Shown piece after piece: positions 28,561 to 37,546 of a stretch of 64,000 nt of DNA. The position numbers were made by a program, and so were the translations under genes. The notes beneath the pieces are model-generated. The model searched no databases and had not been told where the DNA came from. It was given only the letters and a program-made list of their open reading frames with translations. Origin of the DNA: a virus; the IMG/VR virus record IMGVR_UViG_3300033463_000089, positions 10,707 through 74,706 of that record. One strand, written 5' to 3'. The stretch's first letter is position 1; each line of letters starts with the position of its first letter.

Positions 28561-30726
28561 CTCCGTTTTCAGAACGTTCTCCCTCGGCTTCTTGTACTCG
28601 CTCTTCCATGCAGGGGCGTAGGCCGGCGCGTTAAAGGCTATCCACAGGCCGATGGCCGTAGACATCAGCACGTCGTCATGCTTGCCAGAGCCGGGTTTGT
28701 TACCCATCGTGCCGTCATCCCTTCTCTCATACCAGCCTAATTCCCTATACATTTCCTCGTCGGGTTCTTCCCACAGCTTATCATCCACACAGGCAGTAAG
28801 GTTGTCTATTATCCAACCCTTAGTCAGTTTGTTGGTTTGGAAACCGTAGATAGGCTTCACACCTTCTGTCGTACTCTCGGGTTCTTTCGTCCTCTGATAG
28901 AGGTTAGGATAATAGCCTGCTATCTCTTCGATAATCGTTCCGAAGTGATCGCCCTCGGTGTTGTTCTCCCTCTCTCGGTCTGCGGTGTTACTCTCGATAA
29001 CCAATATAGCATTATCGTAGTAATGTGCTAAAGCGGCTGCAGTCCACGCCAAGATGTCATGTCTGATATGTCCTCGCCACCTTGCAACCACTCTTGGTCT
29101 ACCTTGTACCTCGGGACATAAACCCATGAGGTCTAAGACAGTCATCACGGTATAGTCGCTCGTTACTGACTTACCGCCAATATCTACAGAGACAAGGTAT
29201 CTGTTCTTGACCTTGAAGATATGGTTATTAGGCTCTGCCCACACCTTCAACTCTCCCTGCCCGTCATCACGGACTTTAATATCCGCGTTAAGGAAAACAT
29301 TCTTGTTCCTTCTCTCAAAGGGTGGTAGGTTGATGTTCGCAGTGTATTGAGGCGGACGGGGTTTACAATCTTCCCTTAAAGCGTCGATTGAATAGGGGTC
29401 GAACACAAGGTTACCCGAGTTTCTAAACGCCTCTACGGGGTCTATAGGGGCCTCGGTAGCCATATAAGCATGGTTCTTGTGCTTATTTCTTGTGTGTCTG
29501 TACCAGTTAATAGCTTCAAAGCAAGCACCTAACTTCCACATCTTCCAGAAGAACCTGCCAGCCTCGCGGAATCCTGCAGGGCACCGGTCATATTCCCTAT
29601 TCTCAAACAACCACTTGGCGAACTCAATCTCTTCCTCTGGAGAGAAACCGACCTCACCCTTCGGCTCCATGTCGTTCTCAATCATATAGAAGGGGATGAA
29701 GAGGAACTTATAAGCACTTGTTGAGTCCTCTTTCATCGCGTCTTGACACAAATCGTAGAAGAATCCCGAGTTACCCATACCAGTACTTTCAAACACCTCT
29801 ATCTCGTCTGGTAAGCCAATCAGACCACCGGACGCAGAAGAGATAACCGATTCGGGGTCGTGCTCAGGGGTTTTCTTCCACAGAGCGACCTCGGAATAGT
29901 GAATACACTTGAAGTTATCACCTCTCAGCTTCTCATAGTTCTCAAACGAAGCGACACTAAGAGTAGTACTTCTTACAGCAAATCTACCATCAGTAACCAC
30001 GAAGTCAGAGTCCGAGCCTTCATAGGGATTCATCTTGAACTTCGTTCCGGGCATCCCCAGCGTCCACCCTGCTTGATTCTCGATGGCTTTTCGGTACATG
30101 GCCTTAATCTTCTTAGACGTAGAGCCGACTTGCGCAAGGATAGCGGCGTTCCAACCATTCGGGTGTCTAAAGTCCTGCATCCACTTGATATACATCTGCA
30201 CCAACGTACTTCCACCCCACTGACGAGCCTTTAACAGAGCGATGAGGATAGGTTTGTTCTCATGCCTCAAATCCTCCATCAAGTTCAAGAGTACTCTTTG
30301 GGCGTATCTCAGCCTAAAGGGGATAAGCTGGCCGGTTGTCTTATCCACGATAACGTCAGTGACGTACATCGCAAACTCGGGATCGTCGATGAATCTTGCT
30401 TGGAAAAGGGCTTCTTCCACTTCTTGGTGGTATTCCTGGTCGTACTCCCTTCCACCCATAAAACCCTTCTCGATATATTTCTTGATACTCCCGTATTTCA
30501 AGACCTCACTATAAATCAAGGTCTGTAATGTCTCTTTCGGCACCCACATCTCGGGAATCATACAGTCCTTTATCTTGATATGGATTCGCTTTCCTTCCTT
30601 GAAACCATAACAGCCAACTCCAGTCAAAGGCTCATACGGGCCGTATATCTCCTGCCTCCTTCGGTGATTCTCGGCGATAATCTCCTTTACACCGTCATCT
30701 AACACTAACTTCTCTTCTTCTTTCAT
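28549..30726 (-). CDS. terL: Terminase large subunit
   Basis: 725 aa. Walker-A-like ARQWGGST, Walker-B-like CIHYSEVALW. RNaseH-fold nuclease acidic residues in LVSVDIGGKSVTSDYTV and GKHDDVLMSTAIGLW. Confidence 0.85.
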   Translation of the reverse strand: MKEEEKLVLDDGVKEIIAENHRRRQEIYGPYEPLTGVGCYGFKEGKRIHIKIKDCMIPEMWVPKETLQTLIYSEVLKYGSIKKYIEKGFMGGREYDQEYHQEVEEALFQARFIDDPEFAMYVTDVIVDKTTGQLIPFRLRYAQRVLLNLMEDLRHENKPILIALLKARQWGGSTLVQMYIKWMQDFRHPNGWNAAILAQVGSTSKKIKAMYRKAIENQAGWTLGMPGTKFKMNPYEGSDSDFVVTDGRFAVRSTTLSVASFENYEKLRGDNFKCIHYSEVALWKKTPEHDPESVISSASGGLIGLPDEIEVFESTGMGNSGFFYDLCQDAMKEDSTSAYKFLFIPFYMIENDMEPKGEVGFSPEEEIEFAKWLFENREYDRCPAGFREAGRFFWKMWKLGACFEAINWYRHTRNKHKNHAYMATEAPIDPVEAFRNSGNLVFDPYSIDALREDCKPRPPQYTANINLPPFERRNKNVFLNADIKVRDDGQGELKVWAEPNNHIFKVKNRYLVSVDIGGKSVTSDYTVMTVLDLMGLCPEVQGRPRVVARWRGHIRHDILAWTAAALAHYYDNAILVIESNTADRERENNTEGDHFGTIIEEIAGYYPNLYQRTKEPESTTEGVKPIYGFQTNKLTKGWIIDNLTACVDDKLWEEPDEEMYRELGWYERRDDGTMGNKPGSGKHDDVLMSTAIGLWIAFNAPAYAPAWKSEYKKPRENVLKTESSF

Positions 30727-31153
30727 ACAATCCGAACAAATAACCGACTAACATACAATAGATATGCAACAAACCATTCACATGAGGCAAGAATAAGGGG
30801 ATAACCAGAAACCACTTGTTCCTCCAAACCATATCCCTAAACTTCCCTATCCTGCCCCAAGAGATTCCTACAATAGCAAAAAGCACTCCGCTCATCCCTA
30901 CCGTCTCTTCACTACAAAAACACGGCAAGAACGAACAGAGTACCCCAATCAAGTATGAAGACAACAAAAACAATCTACATGGTATCAGCCAAAAACATAA
31001 CAGGTTGGCTAATAAATGGAAAATGTTCGCATGACTGAACACATAAACGAAATGACCTGATAAATCACCCGGATAACCGTGCTTCGGCAAAAAGACGTAC
31101 CAAAGGACGATTACCAGACTGACTATAATCTTCTGAATATAATGATTCATCAT
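30695..31153 (-). CDS. Compact rhomboid-family intramembrane serine protease-like protein
   Basis: 152 aa, about six hydrophobic helices. FSHANIFHLLANLL (TM2 H/H/N motif), VGMSGVLFAIVG (GxSG), LLHIYCMLVGYLFG (His plus GxxxG). Confidence 0.6.
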   Translation of the reverse strand: MMNHYIQKIIVSLVIVLWYVFLPKHGYPGDLSGHFVYVFSHANIFHLLANLLCFWLIPCRLFLLSSYLIGVLCSFLPCFCSEETVGMSGVLFAIVGISWGRIGKFRDMVWRNKWFLVIPLFLPHVNGLLHIYCMLVGYLFGLYERRREVSVR

Positions 31154-31395
31154 GTCTTACGGATATTATGCTTGTAATTCCTCGTATATCGGTTGGCATA
31201 CTTGTGACAATCCCAGCCCGGCGCACGCTCAAAACCCTTTGACTTAACAAGATTCCTAATAGTCGGAGCAGAAACACCTAACTGGTCTGCTATATCCGAA
31301 CAACTCTCGGTCTTATACAACTCCCTAATAGTCTCTAACTCTTCGTCAGAGAAAACTATCCTACCCTTCTGGATTCCACTTAACTTCGTCGGCAT
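31150..31395 (-). CDS. Small HTH protein (possible small terminase subunit or regulator)
   Basis: 81 aa. CSDIADQLGVSAPTIRNLVKSKG is a clear HTH. Located upstream of terL in the same operon. Confidence 0.5.
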   Translation of the reverse strand: MPTKLSGIQKGRIVFSDEELETIRELYKTESCSDIADQLGVSAPTIRNLVKSKGFERAPGWDCHKYANRYTRNYKHNIRKT

Positions 31396-31397
31396 AA

Positions 31398-31685
31398 CTA
31401 TAACTCACTAAATACTTTTATATACTCACTCGCAAAATCTATCGCTCTGCCTAACTCCCTAACATCGGGCATACGATAAATACTCGGAACACTCTGAACC
31501 CTCCTGTAACGGTTGGCTTGAATCAATACAGCCCTAAAGTGCCTCATGGCCTTCTTGGAGACAAACTTCAAAGGCAACCTGCATCGGTCATCACACTTGC
31601 TCATGTCATAAACAAGGAAAGGACAAAAACCGTAACCGTCAGTATCCTCACCATGAAACCAACAACATTCTCCACAATAATTCAT
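31398..31685 (-). CDS. Cys-rich small protein (95 aa)
   Basis: The N-terminus MNYCGECCWFHGEDTDGYGFCPF suggests a zinc-binding module. Confidence 0.45.
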   Translation of the reverse strand: MNYCGECCWFHGEDTDGYGFCPFLVYDMSKCDDRCRLPLKFVSKKAMRHFRAVLIQANRYRRVQSVPSIYRMPDVRELGRAIDFASEYIKVFSEL

Positions 31686-31823
31686 AGGACGTTTCAGTAT
31701 CTTGTAAAGGGTTCCTATACCCCCGGGGGTGACAAAGAAAACAGAATGTGTATGTGTGTCTTATTCCGCTGTACCTTGCTCGGGTGGTCAACACCCCCAC
31801 CCCCTTGGGGTCGGTTCGATTCG

Positions 31824-32549
31824 TCACGACTTCCGGCCAAACACATCGGTCTGCACCTTCGCGGCATTGGCACGCATCCCCTTTACCGCTTCCTCCGCGT
31901 TGACTGCGGTAGCATATTCGCGTGTCGTTGGTGCGGTCGTACCATTATTATTACCACCTTGCAGGCTTGTAGGCTTCGTAGTTGCTTGGTCTATCGCCCC
32001 TGCTGCACTCATTATCGCGTTACTGGCTCCTTGTGCCGCTTGTGTGATGTTCTGTGCCTTGGCTTGCTCCCTTTGCATATCCATTTGGGCGAAATTGGCT
32101 TCCTGCTGACGATGCAAGTTATCCACTTGTGCCTTTCTCTGCTCGTCTGTGGCGGCAATATTGGCAATTGTGTCGCCCATCATCTTGTTAGACGCTTCCT
32201 TGGCTTGTGCTACGCTTGCATCAGTTCCACCGGCAACCGCTTGCGCCCCTGCTGCTTTCTTCCATTGGTTGTCAGCCAGTTCCTTGGCACGTCTCACAAG
32301 GTTCTGCCCTGCTGCGGTGTCGAGATAGTCCTCATGGTATCGTCTGTTATACCATGCTTCTTCCTTGGCTTCCTGCTCTCTCTGCCGTCTCTCGGCTCGT
32401 TTCGCAGCCTTAGACGCACTAATTCCACCAATAAGTGATGTTGCAAGGCCTACGCCTGCACCGATGGCAGACGCAATCCATTCCTTGCGTTGAGGAACTA
32501 AGCTATTCCCCATGCCCAAAGGCTGATTTGTGTACTTTGTCGCTTTCAT
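31824..32549 (-). CDS. Membrane-anchored Ala/Gln-rich coiled-coil protein (241 aa)
   Basis: Hydrophobic helix WIASAIGAGVGLATSLIGGISA followed by low-complexity helical sequence. First gene after a 610-nt non-coding region. Confidence 0.55.
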   Translation of the reverse strand: MKATKYTNQPLGMGNSLVPQRKEWIASAIGAGVGLATSLIGGISASKAAKRAERRQREQEAKEEAWYNRRYHEDYLDTAAGQNLVRRAKELADNQWKKAAGAQAVAGGTDASVAQAKEASNKMMGDTIANIAATDEQRKAQVDNLHRQQEANFAQMDMQREQAKAQNITQAAQGASNAIMSAAGAIDQATTKPTSLQGGNNNGTTAPTTREYATAVNAEEAVKGMRANAAKVQTDVFGRKS

Positions 32550-32627
32550 ATCTTACCTTGTTTGAAATGTTAAAATCGCGTTCTATTTAGCATAATCGCT
32601 GTTATGTGTGTTAAAATCGCCCTTTTC

Positions 32628-32655
32628 CTGCATATCCATGCAAAAAACTGCATAT
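32628..32655. promoter_or_regulatory. Direct repeat CTGCATAT x2 (20-bp spacing) upstream of the late - strand operon
   Basis: Copies at 32628-32635 and 32648-32655. No TAnnTTTG box is visible for this operon, so these may be an activator-binding site. Confidence 0.3.
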
Positions 32656-33161
32656 TCGGGAGATTCTTTGACATTTCTCGTCACTCTCCGGCAATACTGG
32701 GCAACATCGCTCACACGCCGCAAATATAAGGGGTTTGGAAAAACACTCTTCCCCGTCTCGGATAGTACATTCCCGATTTAAGGTACTTTAACGGGGTTTT
32801 TTGGCCATTTTTCCCCTCTCTCACTCTCTCATTTCCCTTTGTTGTATTTCTTTACTTTTCGCCTTATTTTCTATCTCCTTAGCTTTCAGCATTTTAGTCT
32901 CGACCGTACACTAAGGGAGATAAAGAGAAAGTGTTGGGGTTTTTTACCTTGCCCGATTTAGTACAGAAAACTATCTGATTCGGCAAAGTTTTGTTAAAAG
33001 GCACACGGATTTAGTTCGATATATGCAATTATCGTGCTATATCGTTACGGAAATGTTAAAATGTGGGTTTAGTGTGCACAAATAGTTCACAAATAGGGGT
33101 TTTGCATGGTTTTATGGCTTAGGAACTGGATAAGAAAGACTGATAGTGCGCACTTATTCAT

Positions 33162-33764
33162 CTAATAGTCTTCATCAACCTCTTTTATCTGCGATATGTC
33201 ATATACGCCGTTGTTAATCTTGTAGTAAATAAAATCTACATATTCTCTATCTACGCAATCTTCGCAAGTTGTTTCTATTGATTCAATATCCCTAAAGTTT
33301 AATCTTGTTGTTGTTCCCTCTATTCCAGAACAATTGCCACTAATGTGTAGTTTACCAGGATATTCCATATAAACATACAACTTACTAAAATCAGCTTCGT
33401 TATTATACAAGAGGTCAACCCACGCTTTTCTCTCTTCCCAGTAGAAGTTCACTTTCTTTCTCTCGCGTAATTCTTGGTTGTATTTCTTTTGTTCTTCTGC
33501 GGTATAACAGAACTTGCACATCTTCTTTTCCTTGTAGTTCGCATCTTTTTTGCTTATCCTGCTTATCTTATAATCTCTTTCTTTCGCTATCTTTACGAAT
33601 CTGCATTTATTTGGATTGTTTGTAGAGTGGATATAGTTTGTTTTTTCCACAAGATACTCCTTTCCCCAATCTCTTGAAGAATAGCCGACATATAAAATAA
33701 CTGCTAATATTAGTATCTCGGTTAGGCAGCAGCCAAAGTCTTTCATTTTGGATTCATTATTCAT
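33162..33764 (-). CDS. AT-rich membrane-anchored protein with zinc-ribbon-like C-terminal motif (moron candidate)
   Basis: 200 aa, N-terminal TM helix. YPGKLHISGNCSGIEG...TTCEDCVD motif is shared with the upstream neighbour. GC is visibly lower than in flanking DNA. Confidence 0.5.
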   Translation of the reverse strand: MNNESKMKDFGCCLTEILILAVILYVGYSSRDWGKEYLVEKTNYIHSTNNPNKCRFVKIAKERDYKISRISKKDANYKEKKMCKFCYTAEEQKKYNQELRERKKVNFYWEERKAWVDLLYNNEADFSKLYVYMEYPGKLHISGNCSGIEGTTTRLNFRDIESIETTCEDCVDREYVDFIYYKINNGVYDISQIKEVDEDY

Positions 33765-33768
33765 AAGG

Positions 33769-34056
33769 CTACCATGTGCAGTTTAGAAGTTCGTAGGCTC
33801 TATCATTCACGCATTTGGTACAGAAAGACCAATCAGAAGTGTTTATGGACTTTACTTGTTCGCTTTCAATCCATTTCACATCTCCGCTTATCATGCTGCA
33901 ATCTTTCTTTGCATGGCAGACGTTTTCAGTATTTTTCCATCTGTTGTAATGTTCCAGATACACATATTTACCCAAAGGGAAGTAATAGCGATAAACGGCG
34001 ATGGCCAGTAATACCACAAATAGCGATATTACGCCTGATGTGATGTATCTTTTCAT
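33769..34056 (-). CDS. AT-rich membrane-anchored small protein, paralogous motif to 33162-33764
   Basis: 95 aa, N-terminal TM helix, CHAKKDCSMISGD...FCTKCVND. Confidence 0.5.
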   Translation of the reverse strand: MKRYITSGVISLFVVLLAIAVYRYYFPLGKYVYLEHYNRWKNTENVCHAKKDCSMISGDVKWIESEQVKSINTSDWSFCTKCVNDRAYELLNCTW

Positions 34057-34157
34057 GCGATAGGTTATTTATTTGTCGCGTCAAAGATACGGAAATATTC
34101 TGTTGGTTGTAACGATGTGCCGGAAGATTTAGGATAAATTAAAGGAAGAGAGCCAGT

Positions 34158-34427
34158 TTAACCCTCTTCCTCCGCTACGAAAGGAGTAACTTTGATTCGT
34201 ATCTCCTTGCCACAATGAGGGCACGTTAATGTGCCATCTCCAAATAATTCGGGAACACTAACATTTAATGCGTCTGCAATTCGTTTAAGGTAATTCATAT
34301 CGAAATTGTTTCTCGCAATTGCTTGGCTGAACGATACCGGCTTAATGCCTATCTTTTTCGCCAGTTCTGCTTGTGTTATCCCCCTCTCTTTACAGAGGTC
34401 TTTAATGCGTAAATCTGATTTCGCCAT
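34158..34427 (-). CDS. XRE-family HTH transcriptional regulator with C-terminal zinc-ribbon half-site
   Basis: 89 aa from ATG 34427. ITQAELAKKIGIKPVSFSQAI is a classic Cro/CI-type HTH. CPHCGKE near the C-terminus. The promoter box lies inside the longer ORF-track version. Confidence 0.75.
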   Translation of the reverse strand: MAKSDLRIKDLCKERGITQAELAKKIGIKPVSFSQAIARNNFDMNYLKRIADALNVSVPELFGDGTLTCPHCGKEIRIKVTPFVAEEEG

Positions 34428-34451
34428 ATCGCTATATTTTGAAACTCCCTG

Positions 34452-34459
34452 CAAATATA
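34452..34459 (-). promoter_or_regulatory. TAnnTTTG box (TATATTTG on - strand) for the XRE gene
   Basis: Reverse complement of CAAATATA. Lies 25 nt upstream of ATG 34427. Confidence 0.45.
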
Positions 34460-34463
34460 CAAC

Positions 34464-34485
34464 AATTTCGTTTCTCTGCGAAATT
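34464..34485. promoter_or_regulatory. Perfect 7-bp inverted repeat AATTTCG-N8-CGAAATT, candidate operator
   Basis: Lies between divergent promoter boxes at 34452-34459 (-) and 34582-34589 (+). Confidence 0.4.
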
Positions 34486-34581
34486 ATTTAAGAAATGTTA
34501 TGTATTAAGACGAAAGTTTTAATTTTCCTTAAATATAGCACCAAAACATAACTTTTCCTTGGAAGTTTAGCATAAATGCTA

Positions 34582-34589
34582 TATCTTTG
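34582..34589 (+). promoter_or_regulatory. TAnnTTTG box (TATCTTTG) for the + strand accessory operon
   Basis: Context GCTATATCTTTGCAGC. The first ORF starts about 290 nt downstream, which implies a long structured leader. Confidence 0.45.
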
Positions 34590-34882
34590 CAGCGCAAACC
34601 CACCTCAACGATGCGACGCCGGAAGTTTGTCAAAGGCGAGGGAACGGAAGTGAAAGGTTTGCGTGAGGTCTTACCGATGACGTTTCTTTGGCTTACTGGT
34701 ACACTTAATTAGATGCAGGGAGAAAGGAGACGTAGTAGAGGAAGACGAAAGCGTTATTTAGGCTATCCTGCATGAGTTTTAGGGCACGATGTCACACCTT
34801 ATATATAAGGGAGTAGGCTGCAATTGAATTGGTCGTGCTTCACTAATTATTGTTTTACTTAAAATTATAGGAGAAAATCATT

Positions 34883-35029
34883 ATGAAAGGCGAACACGTT
34901 TATGTACTATCGTACAATGCAGGCGTTCTTGGTGTCTACGCTGACAAGAGAGACGCGAACAAGGCAAAGTTTGTATATCAAGTAGCAGACTACAAAGGTC
35001 TGAAGGTTGAGGAACATTTAGTAGGTTAG
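34883..35029 (+). CDS. Small ORF (48 aa)
   Basis: ATG preceded by TATAGGAGAAAATCATT. Below the ORF-track size cut-off; found by reading the sequence. Confidence 0.3.
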   Translation: MKGEHVYVLSYNAGVLGVYADKRDANKAKFVYQVADYKGLKVEEHLVG

Positions 35030-35031
35030 CT

Positions 35032-35169
35032 ATGAATGAACTGAAACGACTGGTTGAGCGAGGGGAGATTTCTCTTCGTTCAGCCGCTTACAGACTGATG
35101 AGGATGGGGAAATGTTCGTTTCTTCCCTCGGATAGAGAAGTTATTAGATTGTTACACATTATAATTTGA
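35032..35169 (+). CDS. Small ORF (45 aa)
   Basis: Starts 3 nt after the upstream stop. Confidence 0.25.
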   Translation: MNELKRLVERGEISLRSAAYRLMRMGKCSFLPSDREVIRLLHIII

Positions 35170-35340
35170 ATGATTATGGAAGGAAGAAATATTGGTTATA
35201 GGATAGGTTATCGAAGCAGACATTTCGTTAACTGGGTAAATGACACGTTTTACCCGACTATTGAAGAAGCGGTAGCAGACAAGAAGAAGTTGCAGCCGCA
35301 GTACAAGCAGACTTTATTTGTTGAACTTGATTACGAATAG
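35170..35340 (+). CDS. Small ORF (56 aa; alternative start 35176)
   Basis: Starts immediately after the upstream stop, with protein-like composition. Confidence 0.3.
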   Translation: MIMEGRNIGYRIGYRSRHFVNWVNDTFYPTIEEAVADKKKLQPQYKQTLFVELDYE

Positions 35341-35344
35341 AGTT

Positions 35345-35443
35345 ATGACACATCTTACACAATTTGAGATAGCCGGAGTGATTCTTTCGGCTATCTGCTA
35401 TTTATCAGCGATTATCAGTTTAGCTAAGAACAAAGTGATTTAG
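35345..35443 (+). CDS. Tiny ORF with one hydrophobic helix (32 aa)
   Basis: MTHLTQFEIAGVILSAICYLSAIISLAKNKVI. Confidence 0.2.
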   Translation: MTHLTQFEIAGVILSAICYLSAIISLAKNKVI

Positions 35444-35532
35444 GGCATATCCGTTAAAGGCGGTGCGAGGTAGTTCGAAGCCTACCTTGCCCACAAACAT
35501 TATTTATTCACAAAATTATAGGAGATTCAATT

Positions 35533-36027
35533 ATGAAAGAATTACTGATTGTTGATTTGGCTTTCAACGACATCTTTACTACTTGTAAAGAGGGAGAAAC
35601 CACAAACGCTATTAAGAGGGCGAAAACGTTCTACAAGAGCGATTTGGATTTGGTGCGCTCTCACAAGGAGAACTACCCACAGGACGCGGAGTACTGGCAG
35701 ACACAGATTGACAAGTACTCTAAAATCCTTTCAGCCGGATTCGAAGCTATCACGTTTGAGGAGTTTGAGAAGCGACAGAGAGAAAGGTGGCTGAATAAGC
35801 CTATCAAAGAGGTTACGGGGAAAGAGTACGATGATATGTTGTGTGTCCTGCCCCCTATTGAGTGGTACGATAACGACAAATACTCTATCTTCATGGTCGG
35901 GGAGTGCTACACGATGACATATTACTCCCAGTATCTCTACAACAAGGAGAACAAGAAGTATTATTCAGCCTTGGTTGACAGATTCGACAAAGAAACATGG
36001 ATTGACAAGAGATTAGGTTTAGTATAG
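35533..36027 (+). CDS. Hypothetical protein (164 aa)
   Basis: ATG preceded by TATAGGAGATTCAATT. Clean ORF. Confidence 0.55.
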   Translation: MKELLIVDLAFNDIFTTCKEGETTNAIKRAKTFYKSDLDLVRSHKENYPQDAEYWQTQIDKYSKILSAGFEAITFEEFEKRQRERWLNKPIKEVTGKEYDDMLCVLPPIEWYDNDKYSIFMVGECYTMTYYSQYLYNKENKKYYSALVDRFDKETWIDKRLGLV

Positions 36028-36038
36028 GAGGGTTTATT

Positions 36039-36395
36039 ATGCTTAAAATCACGTTTAACGAACATCTTCCCCTTGATGGTGCAGGAACACTTATCAGTCC
36101 TGCCCACAAGTGGTTGGTAAAAGAAAGAACCGAGTATTGCGACAACATCAGCAAGGTTGGTAATATATGGTATATGTGGCGTGGCGGATTCGTCTACAAA
36201 TCAGTTGAGCCGGAAAAGATAACGCGCCTTGATGGTTTGCATGGTACGATAGCCAGTATTACACACTATATTGGTTCGCCTTATCCGTTCTCCTGCAGAT
36301 ATACGAATAAGTTTGGTAAGGAGTTCGGTGCAGGATATGCAGAGTTTTCGGAACTGGTTAGGGATTTCTATTTTTATAAGAAATGCGGAATATGA
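36039..36395 (+). CDS. Hypothetical protein (118 aa)
   Basis: ATG preceded by TATAGGAGGGTTTATT. Confidence 0.5.
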   Translation: MLKITFNEHLPLDGAGTLISPAHKWLVKERTEYCDNISKVGNIWYMWRGGFVYKSVEPEKITRLDGLHGTIASITHYIGSPYPFSCRYTNKFGKEFGAGYAEFSELVRDFYFYKKCGI

Positions 36396-36419
36396 GAATA
36401 TTAAACAATACAGATAATT

Positions 36420-36806
36420 ATGAGTACACAAGTAATTGAAACCAATCTTGACTTGATGAAGCAGGATTTGGTTGAGCATATTAACGATGAAATATTTGAT
36501 ATGCTTGAAAGGTTTGAGGATGAAGAGATAGCCGACTGCGTACTGGCTATTGCTTCTCGTCTGTTATTACCTGCAAAGGTGGTGGAACAACCATTAACGT
36601 CATGTGGCGGTGTTTGGAACTATCAGATTAAGGTAAACAATAATCATGGTGGCTTTGTTTCTGTCTCCTGCGAAGAGACTGGATGCACGGGCGTTAGCAG
36701 GACAGAATTTTTCCCGTTCTTCGAAGATGATGAGGATGGCTATTATTCCGGCCTTTGCTCTTTGGCTGATATGATTAATGAAGCATGGTATTTCTGTAAC
36801 AACTAA
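36420..36806 (+). CDS. Hypothetical acidic protein (128 aa)
   Basis: Clean ORF in the operon. Confidence 0.5.
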   Translation: MSTQVIETNLDLMKQDLVEHINDEIFDMLERFEDEEIADCVLAIASRLLLPAKVVEQPLTSCGGVWNYQIKVNNNHGGFVSVSCEETGCTGVSRTEFFPFFEDDEDGYYSGLCSLADMINEAWYFCNN

Positions 36807-36812
36807 CAATTA

Positions 36813-37019
36813 ATGGTTATATGGATTTTGGATTGTGCAACCACCTATTGCACTAAGGTAAACCTTTCTCCGGAAAGGGAAAAGGAACTGAATGAAAAGT
36901 ACGATAGTAACGTAGAAGAGTTCCTTAACGACCACAGAGAGGAATTGCGCTTTTCTTCTATGGACTACGTTTCATGGATGAGCGCAAACGATGAGAACTT
37001 TGACATCATCAATTATTAA
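36813..37019 (+). CDS. Hypothetical small protein (68 aa)
   Basis: ORF in the operon. Confidence 0.4.
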   Translation: MVIWILDCATTYCTKVNLSPEREKELNEKYDSNVEEFLNDHREELRFSSMDYVSWMSANDENFDIINY

Positions 37020-37038
37020 CCCTTTAATACTTATCATT

Positions 37039-37308
37039 ATGGAAGCAATAAAATTGATTATCTCGTTATGCGACATGACAGAGGATTTGAACAAGTTCGT
37101 GCGGATGAATGACAGAAACGACAGCCTTGTGGACTATATGGAAGATTTCGCGGTAGGATATAGGCTTATCTGTGGCGACCCGACACCATGTCACTTGTAT
37201 TTAATCGTTGATATGCCGCTGAACGGACTTGTGCCGGAACTGATGTTTGAGCATAAGGATGCAAAGGCATCGCAGTACTTCTACGGCTACCGCATTGACG
37301 AAGAGTAA
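37039..37308 (+). CDS. Hypothetical protein (89 aa from ATG 37039)
   Basis: The ORF-track start at 36991 overlaps the upstream gene. The internal ATG gives a compact arrangement. Confidence 0.45.
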   Translation: MEAIKLIISLCDMTEDLNKFVRMNDRNDSLVDYMEDFAVGYRLICGDPTPCHLYLIVDMPLNGLVPELMFEHKDAKASQYFYGYRIDEE

Positions 37309-37423
37309 GCACCACCCACTATTCCAGTACGTTGGGATTCTCCCCTATCCGCCAATTTATGTTGGCTACCCTCGAAAGGAGATAGGGGAACAAACATTGT
37401 TTCACTTAATTAAATTATAGCGT

Positions 37424-37546
37424 ATGAAAGATTATGGTTTAGACTATTCCAAGCCGCATTGGACTGAAACGGCATGGTATTTGTGTGTTGTTATTTGCGC
37501 TCTAATAGCCGCAGGGTATTTCACGTATAAACTCTTCACGTTATGA
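37424..37546 (+). CDS. Tiny membrane ORF (40 aa)
   Basis: One hydrophobic helix WYLCVVICALIAAGYF. ATGA overlap with the next ORF. Confidence 0.3.
   Translation: MKDYGLDYSKPHWTETAWYLCVVICALIAAGYFTYKLFTL

Noticed and set aside
31518-32438. 306-aa + strand ORF (and 31729-32109) opposite the 241-aa gene
   Set aside because: It is antisense shadow of an Ala/Gln-rich gene, is Cys/Leu/Arg-rich, and crosses two - strand genes and their intergenic space.
32550-33161. 610-nt non-coding region as a possible ncRNA or CRISPR leader
   Set aside because: It contains hairpins, a T-run hairpin (about 32740-32810), repeated TGTTAAAAT and CCCGATTTA words and the CTGCATAT pair. I could not define a promoter-terminator unit or a repeat-spacer pattern. 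It is most simply the regulatory region of the late operon plus the terminator of the AT-rich genes.
35469-35487. GGTAG-TTCGAAGC-CTACC as a tRNA T-arm
   Set aside because: The loop is 8 nt rather than 7, and no cloverleaf surrounds it. It is treated as part of the repeated structured intergenic module.
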